Shown here in pieces: positions 27,106 through 36,256 of a stretch of DNA of 64,000 nucleotides; position 1 is the first letter of the stretch; each line of letters starts with the position of its first letter. The notes beneath the pieces were generated by a model, which had not been told where the DNA came from, searched no databases, and saw only the letters and a program-made list of their open reading frames with translations. The position numbers were made by a program, and so were the translations under genes. Origin of the DNA: Streptosporangiales bacterium (GTDB lineage Bacteria; Actinomycetota; Actinomycetes; Streptosporangiales; WHST01); the NCBI GenBank assembly GCA_036378185.1, contig DASUWX010000012.1, positions 2,890 through 66,889 on the forward strand, written 5' to 3'.

Positions 27106-28524
27106 GTGACCATGAGCGAGTCCGGCGTCCTGGATCCCACGTTCTACCGATCGGCCGCGGACGCCGCGGCCGCTCCGCCCGAGCGGCTCGCGTACGTGGT
27201 CGCCTTCGACCGGGCCGGCCGGAGCCACGACGCCATGACCGTCGTCGACGTCGACCCCGGGTCGGCCGCGTACGGCACCGTCGTCGGGTGGACCGACATG
27301 CCCGGGCTCGGTGACGAACTGCACCACTTCGGCTGGAACGCCTGCTGCAGCGCGCTCAGGCACGAGGGCCACGACATGGCGAGTCTCGCCCGCCGGTACC
27401 TGTTGACGCCCGGGATACGTTCGTCCAACGTCTACGTGCTGGACACGCGACCCGACCCGCGGGCGCCGCGGCTGGTCAAGACGGTCGACGCCCGCGAGCT
27501 GTCGGCCAAGGCCGGCTACTCCCGGCCGCACACCCTGCACTGTGGTCCCGACGGCGTCTTCCTGACCTGCCTCGGCGGGAGCGAGGGCGACGACGACGGG
27601 CCCGCGGGCATCGCGCTGCTCGACCACGACACGTTCGAGGTGGTGCGGGCCTTCGAGACCGACCGCGGGCCGCAGCACTTCCACTACGACGCCTGGTGGC
27701 ACCTCAACCAGAACGTCCTGGTCTCCAGCGAGTGGGGCAGCCCGTCGATGATCGAGGACGGCGTCGTCCCGGAGCTGTTGCTCGGCAACGAGTACGGGCA
27801 CGCCCTGCACTTCTGGGATCTCTCCACGGGCAGGCACCTGCAGCGCGTCGACCTCGGCGACGAGCAGCAGATGGTCCTGGAGGTCCGGCCGTCGCACGAT
27901 CCCGACGCCACCTGGGGATTCGTCGGTTGCGTCGTCTCCACCGCCGACCTCTCCGGGTCGGTCTGGCGCTGGTTCCGTTCCGGAGACGAGTGGAGCGTCG
28001 AGAAGGTGATCACCGTCCCGGCTGAACCGGCGGACCCGGACCGGCTCCCGCCTCTGTTGCGGCCGTTCGGTGCGGTGCCGCCGCTCATCACCGACATCGA
28101 CCTGTCCGTCGACGACCGGTTCCTCTACGTGTCGTGCTGGGGGACCGGGGAGCTGAAGCAGTTCGACGTCTCCGATCCCGCCAACCCCAGGCAGAGCGGC
28201 TCGGTGCGCCTCGGCGGGATCGTCGAGCGGGCTGCTCACCCGGCCGCGCCGGACCTGCCGCTCGCCGGCGGTCCGCAGATGGTGGAGGTGAGCAGGGACG
28301 GGCGCCGGGTCTACTTCACCAACTCCCTGTACGGGGCCTGGGACGACCAGTTCTACCCCGACGGAGTCGGCGCGTGGATGGCGAAGCTGGACACCGGCCC
28401 GGACGGCGGGCTGGGCGTCGACGAGCGCTTCTTCCCGCACGGCGACGAGTTCCGCGGCCGGCGCGTCCACCAGATCCGCCTGCAGGGCGGAGACGCGTCC
28501 TCGGACTCCTACTGCTACCGGTAG
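27106..28524 (+). CDS. Selenium-binding protein family (SBP56) / methanethiol oxidase-like
   Basis: ELHHFGWNACCSAL, HTLHCGPDG, FHYDAWWHLNQNVLVSSEWG and the C-terminal DASSDSYCY are strongly SBP56-like. Confidence 0.9.
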   Translation: MTMSESGVLDPTFYRSAADAAAAPPERLAYVVAFDRAGRSHDAMTVVDVDPGSAAYGTVVGWTDMPGLGDELHHFGWNACCSALRHEGHDMASLARRYLLTPGIRSSNVYVLDTRPDPRAPRLVKTVDARELSAKAGYSRPHTLHCGPDGVFLTCLGGSEGDDDGPAGIALLDHDTFEVVRAFETDRGPQHFHYDAWWHLNQNVLVSSEWGSPSMIEDGVVPELLLGNEYGHALHFWDLSTGRHLQRVDLGDEQQMVLEVRPSHDPDATWGFVGCVVSTADLSGSVWRWFRSGDEWSVEKVITVPAEPADPDRLPPLLRPFGAVPPLITDIDLSVDDRFLYVSCWGTGELKQFDVSDPANPRQSGSVRLGGIVERAAHPAAPDLPLAGGPQMVEVSRDGRRVYFTNSLYGAWDDQFYPDGVGAWMAKLDTGPDGGLGVDERFFPHGDEFRGRRVHQIRLQGGDASSDSYCYR

Positions 28525-28555
28525 CGCTCGCCGACGAGGCTGCTAGCTTGCGGCC

Positions 28556-29212
28556 GTGGATCTCTTCATGCGCGCGTGGGCCGCGTTGCGCGCCGCGGTC
28601 GCCGGACTCCCCGACGAGGACTTCGCGCAGCCATCGGGCTGCACCGGGTGGCTGGTGCGCGACCTGGTGTGCCATCTGGTCGTCGACGCACAGGACGTGC
28701 TGATCACGCTCGCCACGCCGGCCGGGTCGGAGCCGACGCACGACGCGCTGACCTACTGGAACGTCACGGACACCCCGCCCGCCGGCGACGACCCGCTCGA
28801 CGCGCTGGTGGTCCGGCTGGCCGCCGCGTACGAGGAGCCGTGGCTGCTGAAGGCTCACCTCGACGACGTCGGCTCCGCCGCGGGGCGCGCGGCCGAACTC
28901 GCCGAGCCGAGCCGCGCGGTCGCCACCCAGGACATGGTGCTGACGGTGGGCGAGTATCTCTGCGCGTACGTCCTCGAGTGGACCCTGCACCACCTCGACC
29001 TGACCGCGCACCTTCCGGGCGCGCCGGCCCCTCCCGCCGAGTGCCTCGCCCGGTCCCGCGAGATGCTGGAGCGGATCGCCGGCGCCGCGTTCCCCGCGGC
29101 GTGGCCCGACGACCGGGCCCTCCTCGTCGGCACCGGACGGCGCGTCCCGACCGGCGCCGAGAAGGCCGAACTCGGCGGACTGGCGGCGCGGCTCCCGCTC
29201 GTCCTCGGCTGA
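28556..29212 (+). CDS. DinB/maleylpyruvate-isomerase-N-domain family protein (mycothiol-dependent enzyme family)
   Basis: The N-terminal pattern WAALRAAVAGLPDEDFAQPSGCTGWLVRDLVCHL is typical of the actinobacterial mycothiol-dependent MDMPI/DinB_2 family. Confidence 0.7.
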   Translation: MDLFMRAWAALRAAVAGLPDEDFAQPSGCTGWLVRDLVCHLVVDAQDVLITLATPAGSEPTHDALTYWNVTDTPPAGDDPLDALVVRLAAAYEEPWLLKAHLDDVGSAAGRAAELAEPSRAVATQDMVLTVGEYLCAYVLEWTLHHLDLTAHLPGAPAPPAECLARSREMLERIAGAAFPAAWPDDRALLVGTGRRVPTGAEKAELGGLAARLPLVLG

Positions 29213-29213
29213 T

Positions 29214-29234
29214 CCGGGCACGCGCGGTGCCCGG
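29214..29234. terminator. Hairpin between convergent genes
   Basis: CCGGGCAC-GCGCG-GTGCCCGG: 8-bp stem and 5-nt loop, just after stop 29212. Confidence 0.45.
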
Positions 29235-29258
29235 CCCGCGGCCGGCACGGCGGCGGAG

Positions 29259-30089
29259 TCAGTAGCGGACGTCGGCCTGCAGCGCGTAGTGGTCGGACGG
29301 GTAGGTGCCGGCGACGGGACGGGTGCCCAGGAGCGCGGCACCCTGCGGGTGCCCGGCACCGCCGCGCCGTGGCGCCGCCGTGAAGACGTAGTCGATCCTG
29401 CGGTCGGGCCACAGCAGCTGCGTCGCCCACGGGTTGGCGTTGGACCAGGTGTGTCCGGGGACGGCCGGACCTGCGGCGTCCCACGCGTCGTAGAACGACA
29501 TGCCGGGCACGGGCGCGGTGGTGCGGCCCGTGAGCATGCGGATCTCGTCGCTGTCCGGGTCGGCGTTGAAGTCCCCGCAGACGACCAGCGGGACGCTCTC
29601 GTCCCGTGTCGCGCCGGCGTGCTCCAGCAGGCCGCGTACCGCGTTCTGGCGTGCCTCGCTCTCGTCGAACCACCAGGCGTCCATCACGAGGCCGAAGACC
29701 TGGATCGGCCCGCGCGGCCCGGCCAGCTCCGCATACTGCACCCGCGCGCCGCCGAACGTGTGGGCGGCTTCGTGCCGGATCGGCCACCGCGACAGCACCG
29801 CGACGCCGGAGAGCGCGTCCTCGTCCTCCTGCGCGGGGACGCCGCTGAAGACGTGATGCGGCAGCTCGAGCGGTTCGGCCAGGCGCGCGCACTGGCTGTC
29901 GTCGCCCTTCGCCCACGACTCGGTGAGCACGACGACGTCCGCGCGGGCGTTGCGCAACGTCGCGACGATCGCGGCTTCCCGCTCCTGCCAGGGGCCGTAC
30001 CGACCCCAGACGTTCCAGGTGACGATGCGCGCGGTCGTCGCGACCAAGGGGCCGTACGAGTGCGGCGGGATGTCCGGGTCGGGTGCCAT
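29259..30089 (-). CDS. Endonuclease/exonuclease/phosphatase (EEP) family protein
   Basis: VTWNVWG, VVVLTESW, VCGDFNADPDSDE, SDHYAL. Confidence 0.85.
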   Translation of the reverse strand: MAPDPDIPPHSYGPLVATTARIVTWNVWGRYGPWQEREAAIVATLRNARADVVVLTESWAKGDDSQCARLAEPLELPHHVFSGVPAQEDEDALSGVAVLSRWPIRHEAAHTFGGARVQYAELAGPRGPIQVFGLVMDAWWFDESEARQNAVRGLLEHAGATRDESVPLVVCGDFNADPDSDEIRMLTGRTTAPVPGMSFYDAWDAAGPAVPGHTWSNANPWATQLLWPDRRIDYVFTAAPRRGGAGHPQGAALLGTRPVAGTYPSDHYALQADVRY

Positions 30090-30364
30090 CCGCCCATGCT
30101 GCTACACCGTACGCGCCCGTGGTGGTCCCCGCCGAAATGTCTCGCCGTCGTTGAACCGATGCGGGCAGACCCGCGTATTGCGTAAGGGGGCGGGCCGCTC
30201 GCCGGCCGGTGGATCTCAGGACCCTGATTCCGGGGGATCGGCATGTCGCACGGCACGGCACCGCGCTCTGTACGACTTGTGCCCCTGTCGGCGATGCCGT
30301 CTCGAGCTTCTGTGACAGCGCGCTCCATCAGTGCGCGCTCCTTCGATGAGGCAGGAGTCGACAG

Positions 30365-32272
30365 ATGCACAAACATCCGATCGCCGCGACGCTGCTGTCG
30401 GCGGCAGCGCTCGTCGCCGGGGTCCTGACCGCCCCGGCGGCGAACGCGAGTGTCGTCCCGAAGGCCGTGCCCGACACCAAGCCGGCGTGGCTCGCCCGGG
30501 CGACTCATCTCGGGCACGCGGGCTCGGCCGCGAAGGTCGACGCGCGCGTCTACCTCGCGCCGCGGGGCGGGCTGGCCGCCCTGCAGCGGCAGGCGCTCGC
30601 CGTGTCGACGCCGGGCGACGCCCGGTACGGGCACTTCCTCACCGCGGCGCAGTACCAGGCGACGTACGGCGTCACCGACGCGGCGGTGAACGCGGTCGAG
30701 AACTGGCTGAGGTCGGCCGGGCTGACCGTCACGGGAGTGGGGGCCGGCAGGTCCTACGTGCGCGTGCGGGGCACCGTACGGCAGGCCGAGCAGGCCTTCG
30801 ACGTGACCATCGACCGCTATCGACACGACGGGCAGACGGTGCAGGCGCCCACCTCGGCGGTGCGGGTCCCGGGCCGGGTCGCCTCGTCGGTGCTCACCGT
30901 CACCGGACTGGACAGCTCGGTGTCGGTCGCGAAGCCGGCCAGCACCGTCGAACCACCGCCTCCCGGGTTCCGCAACGCCCGTCCGTGCTCTGTGTTCTAC
31001 GGGCAGCTCGAGGCCAGGTTCCAGGCGGACTTCAAGACCAGGCTGCCGGCGTTCAAGGGGCAGCGGCTGCCGTACGCGGTGTGCGGCTACACCGGCCCGC
31101 AGCTGCGCGCAGCGTACGAACCCGGAACGGACCTCGACGGAACCGGCGCGACCGTGGCGATCGTGGACGCCTACGACGCGCCGACGATCGTCGGTGACGC
31201 GCAACGCTACGCGGTGGAGAACGGCGACGGCGGCTACGCGAAGAACCAGCTCAGGCTGATCGACGCGGCGCGGTTCACCCACCAGAACCTCTGTGTCCCG
31301 ACCGGCTGGGCCGGTGAGCAGACCCTCGACATCGAGGCGGTCCACGCCATGGCGCCCGGCGCGGACATCCGCTACTACGGCGCGGCCAGCTGCGAGGACG
31401 TCGACCTGATCGACACGCTGGCCAAGGTCGTCGACCAGGACAAGGCGCAGATCGTGACCAACTCCTGGGGCGAACCGGAGGAGGGCGAGACCACCGGATC
31501 GATCGCCAAGTTCGAGCAGGTCTTCGCCCAGGGCGCGGTCGAGGGCATCTCGTTCACCTTCTCCTCCGGTGACTCCGGAGACGAGCTCGCGAATACCGGG
31601 ATCCGGCAGGCGGACTACCCGACCTCCGACCCGTTCGTGACGTCGGTCGGCGGCACCTCACTGGCCGTCGGCGCCGACGGCAGCCGGCTGTTCGAGACCG
31701 GCTGGGGGACCGACGAGGTCCTCCTGTCGGCCAACGGGAAGAGGTGGGCGCCGGACGAGGGCTTCACCAGCGGCGCCGGCGGTGGCGTCTCGCACCTGTT
31801 CGACAAGCCCGCGTACCAGAACGGGACCGTGCCCGGCGCGCACCGGCAGGTCCCCGACGTCGGCATGGACGCCGACCCGACGACCGGGTTCCTCGTCGGC
31901 GAGACCCAGACGTTCCCCGAGGGCGTCTCGTTCGACACGTTCCGCCTCGGCGGGACCAGTCTCGCCTCGCCGCTGTTCGCCGGCATGACCGCACTCGCGA
32001 TCGGCGCCCGCGGCGGTACCGGGCTCGGGCTGCTCAACCCGACGATCTACGCCAACCCGTCCGCGTTCGACGACGTGACCGGTGCGGGCGCGGACATCGG
32101 CAACGTCCGGGTCGACTTCGACAACGGCGTCGACGCCAGCAAGGGCGTGTTCTACTCGGTCCGCCAGTTCGACATGGACTCCAGCCTCACGACCGGACCC
32201 GGCTGGGACGACGTGACCGGCCTCGGCAGCCCGAACGACGGCTGGCTGGACCTCGCCCGTTCGGCCGGCTGA
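30365..32272 (+). CDS. Secreted S53 (sedolisin/kumamolisin-like) serine peptidase with pro-domain
   Basis: Signal peptide ending AANA. Pro-kumamolisin-like activation region (YLAPRGG...YGHFLT...WLRSAGLTV). SGDSGD and GGTSLASPLFAG catalytic-Ser motif. Confidence 0.9.
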   Translation: MHKHPIAATLLSAAALVAGVLTAPAANASVVPKAVPDTKPAWLARATHLGHAGSAAKVDARVYLAPRGGLAALQRQALAVSTPGDARYGHFLTAAQYQATYGVTDAAVNAVENWLRSAGLTVTGVGAGRSYVRVRGTVRQAEQAFDVTIDRYRHDGQTVQAPTSAVRVPGRVASSVLTVTGLDSSVSVAKPASTVEPPPPGFRNARPCSVFYGQLEARFQADFKTRLPAFKGQRLPYAVCGYTGPQLRAAYEPGTDLDGTGATVAIVDAYDAPTIVGDAQRYAVENGDGGYAKNQLRLIDAARFTHQNLCVPTGWAGEQTLDIEAVHAMAPGADIRYYGAASCEDVDLIDTLAKVVDQDKAQIVTNSWGEPEEGETTGSIAKFEQVFAQGAVEGISFTFSSGDSGDELANTGIRQADYPTSDPFVTSVGGTSLAVGADGSRLFETGWGTDEVLLSANGKRWAPDEGFTSGAGGGVSHLFDKPAYQNGTVPGAHRQVPDVGMDADPTTGFLVGETQTFPEGVSFDTFRLGGTSLASPLFAGMTALAIGARGGTGLGLLNPTIYANPSAFDDVTGAGADIGNVRVDFDNGVDASKGVFYSVRQFDMDSSLTTGPGWDDVTGLGSPNDGWLDLARSAG

Positions 32273-32286
32273 CGCACCGCATCGTG

Positions 32287-32322
32287 CCGGTGGAGCGGCC
32301 GAAAGGGAACACGCTCCACCGG
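32287..32322. terminator. Bidirectional intrinsic terminator candidate between convergent genes
   Basis: Perfect 11-bp stem CCGGTGGAGCG / CGCTCCACCGG with a 14-nt loop, between the S53 stop (32272) and the phosphoesterase stop (32342). Confidence 0.6.
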
Positions 32323-32341
32323 CCCGATGGCCGGGACGGCC

Positions 32342-33157
32342 CTACGAGCCCTGCGGCTGCCAGGTGCCGTCGTCCCACAGCCAGCGTTCCTGCCGGGCGC
32401 ACAGGAACGGGTCGACCGGTGCGGTGTCCTCGAACGTCTCCGTGCGCCGCACGACCTCGACCACGGCCGAGATCTGGTCCACCGACAGGTCGACGACGGT
32501 GTACGCGTGCGGTCGTTCGACCAGCGACGCGTGCTGCAGCTGCAGCACGGGCCCGGCCGCGACCGACGCGTGGACGTGCAGATGACCCGACAACACGACG
32601 ACGGGGCCGTCGTGGGCGGTGAGGAACCGCTCGACGGTGGACCGGTTGGCGAGGTCACCCGGGTGCGGCAGGCGGCGCTGCCGCAGTGCCGGCGCGAGGT
32701 CGAGCACCGGGAAATGCGACAACCACAGGTACGGCCGGTCCCCGCCTGGAGCCGGTGTCCGGCCCTCGCGGTACGCCTGCCCGCCGTCCCGTTCGAGCGT
32801 CCCGGCGGCCAGCGTGAACCCGGCGGCGTCCGTGCCCTCGGGACCCGGGCGGCGCGCTCCGGCCACCTCGACGGGATCGGTGGCCCCGCCGACGTCGTGG
32901 TTGCCGGCGACGGCGAACACCGGAACCCCGACCGCGGCCAGTTGCCGCCGGACGAGCCCGGACTCGGCGACGGCGCCGTTCTCGGTGAGATCGCCCAGCA
33001 GAACGACGGCGTCGACGCCGGCGTCGCCCAGCGCGTCGACCGCCCGGGCGAGCAACTCCGCCGAGCGGCCCAGGCGTTTGGTGTTGATCCACGTGTCGTC
33101 GGGCGTCCCCGGCTCGGCGACGTGGAGGTCGGTCAGCACGCCCAGTCTCAGTGTCAC
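32342..33157 (-). CDS. Metallophosphoesterase
   Basis: GTG 33157 is preceded by GGGAG. Motifs: LTDLHV, LLGDLTENG, VAGNHD, SGHLHVH. Confidence 0.8.
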   Translation of the reverse strand: MTLRLGVLTDLHVAEPGTPDDTWINTKRLGRSAELLARAVDALGDAGVDAVVLLGDLTENGAVAESGLVRRQLAAVGVPVFAVAGNHDVGGATDPVEVAGARRPGPEGTDAAGFTLAAGTLERDGGQAYREGRTPAPGGDRPYLWLSHFPVLDLAPALRQRRLPHPGDLANRSTVERFLTAHDGPVVVLSGHLHVHASVAAGPVLQLQHASLVERPHAYTVVDLSVDQISAVVEVVRRTETFEDTAPVDPFLCARQERWLWDDGTWQPQGS

Positions 33158-33234
33158 GGATCTCCCTGCCCGGTAACGATGCCCTGGATCGAACGCGGTC
33201 GCCTGCGAGCGGCGCGGCGGCGCAGCGAGGCGGG

Positions 33235-34320
33235 TCAGGCCACCGGCCGCGGACGCGCCTGTCCCGCGCCCGCGTCCGGCCCGATCTCGGACTGCTCGCG
33301 CCACATGTCGATCTCCCTGTCGTCCTTCGCCACCGCGTCGATGGCAGTCAGCTCGGCCGGGTCGAACTCGGTCTGCGCCGCGGCCGCGACGGTCTCCTCG
33401 AGCTGGGTGACGGAACTGGCGCCGACGACGACCGAGGTGACCCGCGGGTCGCGCAGCACCCAGGACACCGCGAGCTGAGCCAGCGACTGTCCGCGCTGCT
33501 CGGCGATCCGGTTCAGCTCGCGGAGAGCCGTGAGCCGGTCTCCGGTCAGGAGCCCGCGAGACAACGTGCCGCCGCGAGCCGCCCGGGATCCCTCGGGGAC
33601 GCCGCCGAGGTACTTGCCGGTGAGCAGGCCCTGGGCGAGGGCGGTGAACGCGATGGCGCCGGCGCCGACGTCGGCCAGGACGTCGAGCAGGCCGTGCTCG
33701 ATCCACCTGTTGAGCACCGAGTACGACGGCTGGTGGATCAGCAGCGGCGTGCCGAGGTCACGCAGGATCGCCGCCGCCTGGCGGGTGCGCTCGGGGCCGT
33801 ACGAGGAGATCCCGGCGTAGAGCGCCTTGCCCTGCTGCACCGCGGAGTGCAGCGCGCCCATCGTCTCCTCGAGCGGCGTGTCTGGGTCGGGGCGGTGGGA
33901 GTAGAAGATGTCGACGTAGTCCAGGCCGAGCCGGTGCAGCGACTGGTCGAGGCTGGCCAGGAGGTACTTGCGGGAGCCGCGGTCGCCGTACGGCCCGGGC
34001 CACATGTCCCAGCCCGCCTTGGTGCTGACGATGAGCTCGTCGCGGTACCTGCCGAAGTCCTCGGCGAGCAGCCGGCCGACGTTCTCCTCGGCCGCGCCGT
34101 ACGGCGGCCCGTAGTTGTTGGCCAGGTCGAAGTGGGTGATCCCGAGGTCGAACGCGCGCCGCACGATCGCGCGCTGCACCTCCAGCGGGCGGTCGCCGCC
34201 GAAGTTCTGCCAGAACCCGAGCGAGATCGTCGGCAGCAGCACGCCGCTGCGCCCGCACCGCCGGTAGGTCATCTTCTCGTACCGACCGTCGTCGGCGACG
34301 AAAGTACTCGTGGTGTCCAT
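33235..34320 (-). CDS. Aldo/keto reductase (YghZ/L-glyceraldehyde-3-phosphate reductase-like)
   Basis: ITHFDLANNYGPPYG, VSTKAG, VDIFYSHRPD and GISSY. ATG 34320 has an AAAGGA RBS and is preferred over 34350. Confidence 0.9.
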   Translation of the reverse strand: MDTTSTFVADDGRYEKMTYRRCGRSGVLLPTISLGFWQNFGGDRPLEVQRAIVRRAFDLGITHFDLANNYGPPYGAAEENVGRLLAEDFGRYRDELIVSTKAGWDMWPGPYGDRGSRKYLLASLDQSLHRLGLDYVDIFYSHRPDPDTPLEETMGALHSAVQQGKALYAGISSYGPERTRQAAAILRDLGTPLLIHQPSYSVLNRWIEHGLLDVLADVGAGAIAFTALAQGLLTGKYLGGVPEGSRAARGGTLSRGLLTGDRLTALRELNRIAEQRGQSLAQLAVSWVLRDPRVTSVVVGASSVTQLEETVAAAAQTEFDPAELTAIDAVAKDDREIDMWREQSEIGPDAGAGQARPRPVA

Positions 34321-34371
34321 CAGCCTGTCCTTTCCCGCCGTGCCTGCCATGGTCGTGTGGGTTCCGGGTCG

Positions 34372-35295
34372 CTACGGCGGGCCCGAGCCGTCACGGGCGG
34401 GGACGGAAGGCCGGCCGAGCGCGGAGACGAACAGCCCGAGGTCCCGCCGGTGCGAGCTCGCCGGCCAGGCGGCCCACGTCCGCCGCACCAGCGGGTGTCC
34501 CGCCAGCGGCGACCAGGCCACGGAGTCGGGTATCGGCTGTGCCCAGTCCGGCGGCGCGAGCGCGAACGCGCCGCCGGCCGTGACGGCGGCCAGCTTCACC
34601 TCGGCGATGAGTTCCTGCCCCTCCGGCGGCTGCGGCCCCAGATCGAGGCCGTGACTGCGGAGGATCGCGGTCAGCTCGTCGTACCAGGCAGGACTGCCCG
34701 AGCGGGGGAAGCCGATCCAGTCGAGCTCCGAGAGGGCGTCCAGCCGTACGCCATCCGGTCCGGCGATCTCGGCGGCCAGCCCGGTGGCGAGCAGCACGCC
34801 GAGCCGTTCCTCCATGACGAGCATGGCGTCGAGGTCCGGGCCGATCGGGTGTTCGCGGACCAGGCCGAGATCCAGCTCCCCGGCCCGCAACGCGTCGAGC
34901 TGCGCGGCGGTCGACAGGTGGCGTGCCTGGACCCGGGTGCCGGGATGGGCCGCGGCGAGCTCGGCGAGCGGCCGGTCCAGCAGGCCCGCCGGCAGCTCGA
35001 GCGGTATGCCGATGCGCAGGACACTGCCACCTGCCCCGGTGTACCGGGCGAGCGCGGCCAATGCCTGGTCGTGCCGGGCGAGCACCGCACGCGCCTCCGA
35101 CAGCAGGGTCATGCCGGCCTCGGTAGCCCGCACACCGGTGCGGCTCCGGACGAGCAGCGGGATGCCGAGCTGCCGTTCCAGCGCCGCCACCGTCTGCGAC
35201 AACGCCGGCTGGCTGACGTGGAGCCGCCGCGCCGCGGCCGAGAGGCTGCCTTCCTCCACCACCGCGACGAACGCTCGCATTTCCCGCAATTCCAC
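34372..35295 (-). CDS. LysR-family transcriptional regulator
   Basis: MELREMRAFVAVVEEGSLSAAARRLHVSQPALSQTVAALE HTH plus a LysR substrate-binding domain. Confidence 0.9.
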   Translation of the reverse strand: MELREMRAFVAVVEEGSLSAAARRLHVSQPALSQTVAALERQLGIPLLVRSRTGVRATEAGMTLLSEARAVLARHDQALAALARYTGAGGSVLRIGIPLELPAGLLDRPLAELAAAHPGTRVQARHLSTAAQLDALRAGELDLGLVREHPIGPDLDAMLVMEERLGVLLATGLAAEIAGPDGVRLDALSELDWIGFPRSGSPAWYDELTAILRSHGLDLGPQPPEGQELIAEVKLAAVTAGGAFALAPPDWAQPIPDSVAWSPLAGHPLVRRTWAAWPASSHRRDLGLFVSALGRPSVPARDGSGPP

Positions 35296-35468
35296 CCGCC
35301 CATCTCATCACACGCGGCCGGGAACACGGCCCGTCGCGCGGTGCATGGGGCGGCCGGCCCGGGGAGCCAATCGCTGCTTATGGCGGCCATCGGGGATCGT
35401 TCTCGCCCCGCTGGTATCGATCGCCCCGGGAAAGGACTTGAGGCCGTCGCAGCTCAGTTCTTCCGCGA

Positions 35469-36242
35469 GTGGAGAGTCCGATGTCCGAACCGAGTTATTT
35501 CCGAAAGTACAAAGACCTGGCGTTCCAGCGAACCGACGACGGCATCCTCACCCTGCGCTTCCAGACCGCGGGCGGGCCGGCCGTCTTCACCGGCCGGACG
35601 CACGAGGACCTGCCCAAGGCGCTCGAAGAGGCCGCCCTCGACGCCGACAACAAGGCGATGATCCTCACCGGTAGCGGTGACGTGTTCATGGACGACATCG
35701 ACGGTCCCAGCCTCGGCGAGATCTTCAGGCCGGCGGTCTGGGAGAAGATCCGCAATGAGGGGCTCGCCGTCCTGCAGCGCCTGCTCAGCCTGCCGTTCCC
35801 GGTCGTCGGCGTCGCGAACGGGCCCGCGACGGTGCACTCGGAGTACCTGCTCCTCACCGACGTCCACATCGCCTCGGAACGGGCCACGTACAGGGACTTC
35901 CCGCACCCGGCCTTCGGCATCACCGCCGGCGACGGCCTGCAGGTCGTCTGGGAGGAGGCGGTCGGGACCGCCCGCACCAAGTGGCTGCTCTGGACCGGGG
36001 AGACCATCGATGCCGCCACGGCGGAGCGGTGGGGTGTCGTCAACGAGGTGGTGCCGCACGACCAGGCGTACGCCAGGGGCCTGGAGATCGCACGCAAGCT
36101 CGCCGCGAGGCCGCGGTTGTACCGGTCGTTGCAGAAGCAGACCCTGAACCAGCGGCTGTTGCGCCGCATCGTCGAGGGGGTGCCCTTCGGCATGGCCCTC
36201 GAGGGCCTCACCGCCGCCGACCTCGCATATCAGCAGCAGTAG
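35469..36242 (+). CDS. Enoyl-CoA hydratase/isomerase (crotonase) superfamily protein
   Basis: Crotonase-like pattern ILTGSGDVF...VANGPA...LLTDV. The start could instead be ATG 35481. Confidence 0.75.
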   Translation: MESPMSEPSYFRKYKDLAFQRTDDGILTLRFQTAGGPAVFTGRTHEDLPKALEEAALDADNKAMILTGSGDVFMDDIDGPSLGEIFRPAVWEKIRNEGLAVLQRLLSLPFPVVGVANGPATVHSEYLLLTDVHIASERATYRDFPHPAFGITAGDGLQVVWEEAVGTARTKWLLWTGETIDAATAERWGVVNEVVPHDQAYARGLEIARKLAARPRLYRSLQKQTLNQRLLRRIVEGVPFGMALEGLTAADLAYQQQ

Positions 36243-36256
36243 GGAAAGAGAGAGCA

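Noticed and set aside
27106-28524. Whether the selenium-binding-protein homologue is itself a selenoprotein.
   Set aside because: The ORF is continuous with no in-frame TGA. Family members bind selenium or copper post-translationally rather than encoding Sec.
35380-35390. Dyad ATGGC-G-GCCAT in the LysR/crotonase divergent region as a LysR T-N11-A box.
   Set aside because: It is too short and GC-rich to distinguish from chance, and it does not fit the T-N11-A spacing cleanly.
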